DNA from: Auanema rhodensis
Taxonomy: Eukaryota > Animalia > Nematoda
Direction of reading: 5' to 3'
Assembly (NCBI GenBank): GCA_964057225.1
Contig: OZ059896.1
Coordinates: forward strand, 21,576,001-21,640,000
Length of the DNA: 64,000 bases
The notes beneath the pieces were generated by a model. The model did not search any database, was not told the origin of the DNA, and saw only the letters and a program-made list of their open reading frames with translations. Positions within the stretch are counted from its first letter, which is position 1; each line of letters begins with the position of its first letter. This document shows, piece by piece, positions 57,301-64,000 of the stretch. Both the position numbers and the translations under genes were made by a program.

Positions 57301-60300
57301 TGTATGTTGAGTTTCCATGTACACTCAACATTGCTTCCAAAAACATTTTGACAAAAATTTTTTCAAAAAATTTCAAAATAATTTAGCAAAAAGTAGATGT
57401 TTTTAGATTCCTTTTTTCAAGGCAAAGACGATGGACAATGTTATTCAACGAAAAAATTAATTCTTCAGGGTGAAAATCGAGGATATAAGTGTGAACTTAT
57501 ATCAGTTGATATCTCGGTGCATTTTTAAGCTAGCGCAAATCTGATAACACAGATCGACGCAGCTTAAAAATCCGCATCGAATGCACTATACTACATTGAG
57601 AAACGCTTAATACAAAAATTAGTTATGATCGTTTGAAAAATGATGCATTAGTGTATGTTGAGTTTCCATGTACACTCAACATTGCTTCCAAAAACATTTT
57701 GACAAAAATTTTTTCGAAAAATTTCAAAATAATTTAGCAAAAAGTAGATGTTTTTAGATTCCTTTTTTCAAGGCAAAGACGATGGACAATGTTATTCAAC
57801 GAAAAAATTAATTCTTCAGGGTGAAAATCGAGGATATAAGTGTGAACTTATATCAGTTGATATCTCGATGCATTTTTAAGCTAGCGCAAATCTGATAACA
57901 CAGATCGACGCAGCTTAAAAATCCGCATCGAATGCACTATACCACATTGAGAAACGCTTAATACAAAAATTAGTTATGATCGTTTGAAAATTGATGCATT
58001 AGTGTATGTTGAGTTTCCATGTACACTCAACATTGCTTCCAAAAACATTTTGACAAAAATTTTTTCGAAAAATTTCAGAACAATTTAGCGAAAAGTAGAT
58101 GTTTTTAGATTCCTTTCTTCAAGGCAAAGACGATGGACAATGTTATTCAACGAAAAAATTAATTCCTCAGGGTGAAAATCGAGGATATAAGTGTGAACTT
58201 ATATCAGTTGATATCTCGGTGCATTTTTAAGCTAGCGCAAATCTGATAACACAGATCGACGCAGCTTAAAAATCCGCATCGAATGCACTATACTACATTG
58301 AGAAACGCTTAATACAAAAATTAGTTATGATCGTTTGAAAATTGATGCATTAGTGTATGTTGAGTTTCCATGTACACTCAACATTGCTTCCAAAAACATT
58401 TTGACAAAAATTTTTTCGAAAAATTTCAAAACAATTTAGCGAAAAGTAGATGTTTTTAGATTCCTTTCTTCAAGGCAAAGACGATGGACAATGTTATTCA
58501 ACGAAAAAATTAATTCCTCAGGGTGAAAATCGAGGATATAAGTGTGAACTTATATCAGTTGATATCTCGGTGCATTTTTAAGCTAGCGCAAATCTGATAA
58601 CACAGATCGACGCAGCTTAAAAATCCGCATCGAATGCACTATACTACATTGAGAAACGCTTAATACAAAAATTAGTTATGATCGTTTGAAAAATGATGCC
58701 TTAGTGTATGTTGAGTTTCCATGTACACTCAACATTGCTTCCAAAAACATTTTGACAACAATTTTTTCGAAAAATTTCAAAATAATTTAGCAAAAAGTAG
58801 ATGTTTTTAGATTCCTTTTTTTAAGGCAAAGACGATCGACAATGTTATTCAACGAAAAAATTAATTCTTCAGGGTGAAAATCGAGGATATAAGTGTGAAC
58901 TTATATCAGTTGATATCTCGGTGCATTTTTAAGCTAGCGCAAATCTGATAACACAGATCGACGCAGCTTAAAAATCCGCATCGAATGCACTATACTACAT
59001 TGAGAAACGCTTAATACAAAAATTAGTTATGATCGTTTGAAAAATGATGCATTAGTGTATGTTGAGTTTCCATGTACACTCAACATTGCTTCCAAAAACA
59101 TTTTGACAAAAATTTTTTCGAAAAATTTCAAAATAATTTAGCAAAAAGTAGATGTTTTTAGATTCCTTTTTTCAAGGCAAAGACGATGGACAATGTTATT
59201 CAACGAAAAAATTAATTCTTCAGGGTGAAAATCGAGGATATAAGTGTGAACTTATATCAGTTGATATCTCGGTGCATTTTTAAGCTAGCGCAAATCTCAT
59301 AACACAGATCGACGCAGCTTGAAAATCCGCATCGAATGCACTATACTATATTGAGAAACGCTTAATACAAAAATTAGTTATGATCGTTTGAAAAATGATG
59401 CATTAGTGTATGTTGAGTTTCCATGTACACTCAACATTGCTTCCAAAAACATTTTGACAAAAATTTTTTCGAAAAATTTCAAAATAATTTAGCAAAAAGT
59501 AGATGTTTTTAGATTCCTTTTTTCAAGGCAAAGACGATGGACAATGTTATTCAACGAAAAAATTAATTCTTCAGGGTGAAAATCGAGGATATAAGTGTGA
59601 ACTTATATCAGTTGATATCTCGGTGCATTTTTAAGCTAGCGCAAATCTGATAACACAGATCGACGCAGCTTGAAAATCCGCATCGAATGCACTATACTAC
59701 ATTGAGAAACGCTTAATACAAAAATTAGTTATGATCGTTTGAAAAATGATGCATTAGTGTATGTTGAGTTTCCATGTACACTCAACATTGCTTCCAAAAA
59801 CATTTTGACAAAAATTTTTTCAAAAAATTTCAAAATAATTTAGCAAAAAGTAGATGTTTTTAGATTCCTTTTTTCAAGGCAAAGACGATGGACAATGTTA
59901 TTCAACGAAAAAATTAATTCTTCAGGGTGAAAATCGAGGATATAAGTGTGAACTTATATCAGTTGATATCTCGGTGCATTTTTAAGCTAGCGCAAATCTC
60001 ATAACACAGATCGACGCAGCTTGAAAATCCGCATCGAATGCACTATACTATATTGAGAAACGCTTAATACAAAAATTAGTTATGATCGTTTGAAAAATGA
60101 TGCATTAGTGTATGTTGAGTTTCCATGTACACTCAACATTGCTTCCAAAAACATTTTGACAAAAATTTTTTCGAAAAATTTCAAAATAATTTAGCAAAAA
60201 GTAGATGTTTTTAGATTCCTTTTTTCAAGGCAAAGACGATGGACAATGTTATTCAACGAAAAAATTAATTCTTCAGGGTGAAAATCGAGGATATAAGTGT

Positions 60301-63300
60301 GAACTTATATCAGTTGATATCTCGGTGCATTTTTAAGCTAGCGCAAATCTGATAACACAGATCGACGCAGCTTGAAAATCCGCATCGAATGCACTATACT
60401 ACATTGAGAAACGCTTAATACAAAAATTAGTTATGATCGTTTGAAAATTGATGCATTAGTGTATGTTGAGTTTCCATGTACACTCAACATTGCTTCCAAA
60501 AACATTTTGACAAAAATTTTTTCGAAAAATTTCAAAACAATTTAGCGAAAAGTAGATGTTTTTAGATTCCTTTCTTCAAGGCAAAGACGATGGACAATGT
60601 TATTCAACGAAAAAATTAATTCCTCAGGGTGAAAATCGAGGATATAAGTGTGAACTTATATCAGTTGATATCTCGGTGCATTTTTAAGCTAGCGCAAATC
60701 TGATAACACAGATCGACGCAGCTTAAAAATCCGCATCGAATGCACTATACTACATTGAGAAACGCTTAATACAAAAATTAGTTATGATCGTTTGAAAAAT
60801 GATGCATTAGTGTATGTTGAGTTTCCATGTACACTCAACATTGCTTCCAAAAACATTTTGACAAAAATTTTTTCGAAAAATTTCAAAATAATTTAGCAAA
60901 AAGTAGATGTTTTTAGATTCCTTTTTTCAAGGCAAAGACGATGGACAATGTTATTCAACGAAAAAATTAATTCTTCAGGGTGAAAATCGAGGATATAAGT
61001 GTGAACTTATATCAGTTGATATCTCGGTGCATTTTTAAGCTAGCGCAAATCTGATAACACAGATCGACGCAGCTTGAAAATCCGCATCGAATGCACTATA
61101 CTACATTGAGAAACGCTTAATACAAAAATTAGTTATGATCGTTTGAAAATTGATGCATTAGTGTATGTTGAGTTTCCATGTACACTCAACATTGCTTCCA
61201 AAAACATTTTGACAAAAATTTTTTCGAAAAATTTCAAAACAATTTAGCGAAAAGTAGATGTTTTTAGATTCCTTTCTTCAAGGCAAAGACGATGGACAAT
61301 GTTATTCAACGAAAAAATTAATTCCTCAGGGTGAAAATCGAGGATATAAGTGTGAACTTATATCAGTTGATATCTCGGTGCATTTTTAAGCTAGCGCAAA
61401 TCTGATAACACAGATCGACGCAGCTTAAAAATCCGCATCGAATGCACTATACTACATTGAGAAACGCTTAATACAAAAATTAGTTATGATCGTTTGAAAA
61501 ATGATGCCTTAGTGTATGTTGAGTTTCCATGTACACTCAACATTGCTTCCAAAAACATTTTGACAACAATTTTTTCGAAAAATTTCAAAATAATTTAGCA
61601 AAAAGTAGATGTTTTTAGATTCCTTTTTTTAAGGCAAAGACGATCGACAATGTTATTCAACGAAAAAATTAATTCTTCAGGGTGAAAATCGAGGATATAA
61701 GTGTGAACTTATATCAGTTGATATCTCGGTGCATTTTTAAGCTAGCGCAAATCTGATAACACAGATCGACGCAGCTTAAAAATCCGCATCGAATGCACTA
61801 TACTACATTGAGAAACGCTTAATACAAAAATTAGTTATGATCGTTTGAAAAATGATGCATTAGTGTATGTTGAGTTTCCATGTACACTCAACATTGCTTC
61901 CAAAAACATTTTGACAAAAATTTTTTCGAAAAATTTCAAAATAATTTAGCAAAAAGTAGATGTTTTTAGATTCCTTTTTTCAAGGCAAAGACGATGGACA
62001 ATGTTATTCAACGAAAAAATTAATTCTTCAGGGTGAAAATCGAGGATATAAGTGTGAACTTATATCAGTTGATATCTCGGTGCATTTTTAAGCTAGCGCA
62101 AATCTCATAACACAGATCGACGCAGCTTGAAAATCCGCATCGAATGCACTATACTATATTGAGAAACGCTTAATACAAAAATTAGTTATGATCGTTTGAA
62201 AAATGATGCATTAGTGTATGTTGAGTTTCCATGTACACTCAACATTGCTTCCAAAAACATTTTGACAAAAATTTTTTCGAAAAATTTCAAAATAATTTAG
62301 CAAAAAGTAGATGTTTTTAGATTCCTTTTTTCAAGGCAAAGACGATGGACAATGTTATTCAACGAAAAAATTAATTCTTCAGGGTGAAAATCGAGGATAT
62401 AAGTGTGAACTTATATCAGTTGATATCTCGGTGCATTTTTAAGCTAGCGCAAATCTGATAACACAGATCGACGCAGCTTGAAAATCCGCATCGAATGCAC
62501 TATACTACATTGAGAAACGCTTAATACAAAAATTAGTTATGATCGTTTGAAAAATGATGCATTAGTGTATGTTGAGTTTCCATGTACACTCAACATTGCT
62601 TCCAAAAACATTTTGACAAAAATTTTTTCAAAAAATTTCAAAATAATTTAGCAAAAAGTAGATGTTTTTAGATTCCTTTTTTCAAGGCAAAGACGATGGA
62701 CAATGTTATTCAACGAAAAAATTAATTCTTCAGGGTGAAAATCGAGGATATAAGTGTGAACTTATATCAGTTGATATCTCGGTGCATTTTTAAGCTAGCG
62801 CAAATCTGATAACACAGATCGACGCAGCTTAAAAATCCGCATCGAATGCACTATACTACATTGAGAAACGCTTAATACAAAAATTAGTTATGATCGTTTG
62901 AAAAATGATGCATTAGTGTATGTTGAGTTTCCATGTACACTCAACATTGCTTCCAAAAACATTTTGACAAAAATTTTTTCGAAAAATTTCAAAATAATTT
63001 AGCAAAAAGTAGATGTTTTTAGATTCCTTTTTTCAAGGCAAAGACGATGGACAATGTTATTCAACGAAAAAATTAATTCTTCAGGGTGAAAATCGAGGAT
63101 ATAAGTGTGAACTTATATCAGTTGATATCTCGGTGCATTTTTAAGCTAGCGCAAATCTCATAACACAGATCGACGCAGCTTAAAAATCCGCATCGAATGC
63201 ACTATACTACATTGAGAAACGCTTAATACAAAAATTAGTTATGATCGTTTGAAAAATGATGCCTTAGTGTATGTTGAGTTTCCATGTACACTCTACATTG

Positions 63301-64000
63301 CTTCCAAAAACATTTTGACAAAAATTTTTTCGAAAAATTTCAAAATAATTTAGCAAAAAGTAGATGTTTTTAGATTCCTTTCTTCAAGGCAAAGACGATG
63401 GACAATGTTATTCAACGAAAAAATTAATTCCTCAGGGTGAAAATCGAGGATATAAGTGTGAACTTATATCAGTTGATATCTCGGTGCATTTTTAAGCTAG
63501 CGCAAATCTGATAACACAGATCGACGCAGCTTAAAAATCCGCATCGAATGCACTATACTACATTGAGAAACGCTTAATACAAAAATTAGTTATGATCGTT
63601 TGAAAAATGATGCCTTAGTGTATGTTGAGTTTCCATGTACACTCAACATTGCTTCCAAAAACATTTTGACAACAATTTTTTCGAAAAATTTCAAAATAAT
63701 TTAGCAAAAAGTAGATGTTTTTAGATTCCTTTTTTTAAGGCAAAGACGATGGACAATGTTATTCAACGAAAAAATTAATTCTTCAGGGTGAAAATCGAGG
63801 ATATAAGTGTGAACTTATATCAGTTGATATCTCGGTGCATTTTTAAGCTAGCGCAAATCTGATAACACAGATCGACGCAGCTTAAAAATCCGCATCGAAT
63901 GCACTATACTACATTGAGAAACGCTTAATACAAAAATTAGTTATGATCGTTTGAAAATTGATGCATTAGTGTATGTTGAGTTTCCATGTACACTCAACAT

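Larger units (their letters stand above)
1..64000. repeat. Tandem satellite DNA array, 351-bp monomer, 182 full copies plus 133-bp partial; runs off both window edges
   Basis: CAGATCGACGCAGCTT recurs at 1, 352, 3511, 7021, 14041 and 21061 (exact multiples of 351). After 15 bp of cumulative deletions it recurs at 36841, 43861, 50881, 57901 and 63868. No non-repeat sequence was seen. Confidence 0.99.

Noticed and set aside
1-64000. CRISPR array (palindromic repeats at regular spacing)
   Set aside because: There are no unique spacers; the entire 351 bp repeats, and no cas genes are present.
1-64000. Array as a sequencing concatemer or rolling-circle artefact
   Set aside because: Variants are shared in linked, position-dependent haplotypes rather than random errors, which fits a real evolving array. 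Exact copy number still needs read support.

Overview
The whole 64 kb window is one uninterrupted head-to-tail tandem array of a 351-bp, AT-rich monomer (about 31% GC by hand count). It holds 182 complete copies plus a 133-bp partial copy, all in the same orientation and differing by only a few substitutions each. It looks like eukaryotic satellite DNA, plausibly (peri)centromeric or heterochromatic; I do not recognise the family or organism. I found no credible genes, RNA genes, CRISPR arrays or inserted mobile elements. The two 65-aa ORFs are by-products of a single stop-loss SNP that was copied by a 1755-bp duplication. The interesting signal is structural: (i) an imperfect ~30-bp inverted repeat spanning each monomer junction plus several short perfect hairpins per monomer; (ii) shared SNPs that reveal local higher-order repeats of 2, 3, 4, 5, 7, 8 and 13 monomers; (iii) a switch between two variant 'haplotype' domains at about 34.7-37.4 kb; (iv) only three indels in 64 kb, one being a 13-bp microhomology-flanked deletion of a palindrome. 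Monomer positions ('m') below are numbered from the CAGATCGACG at window position 1. All comparisons were done by eye.
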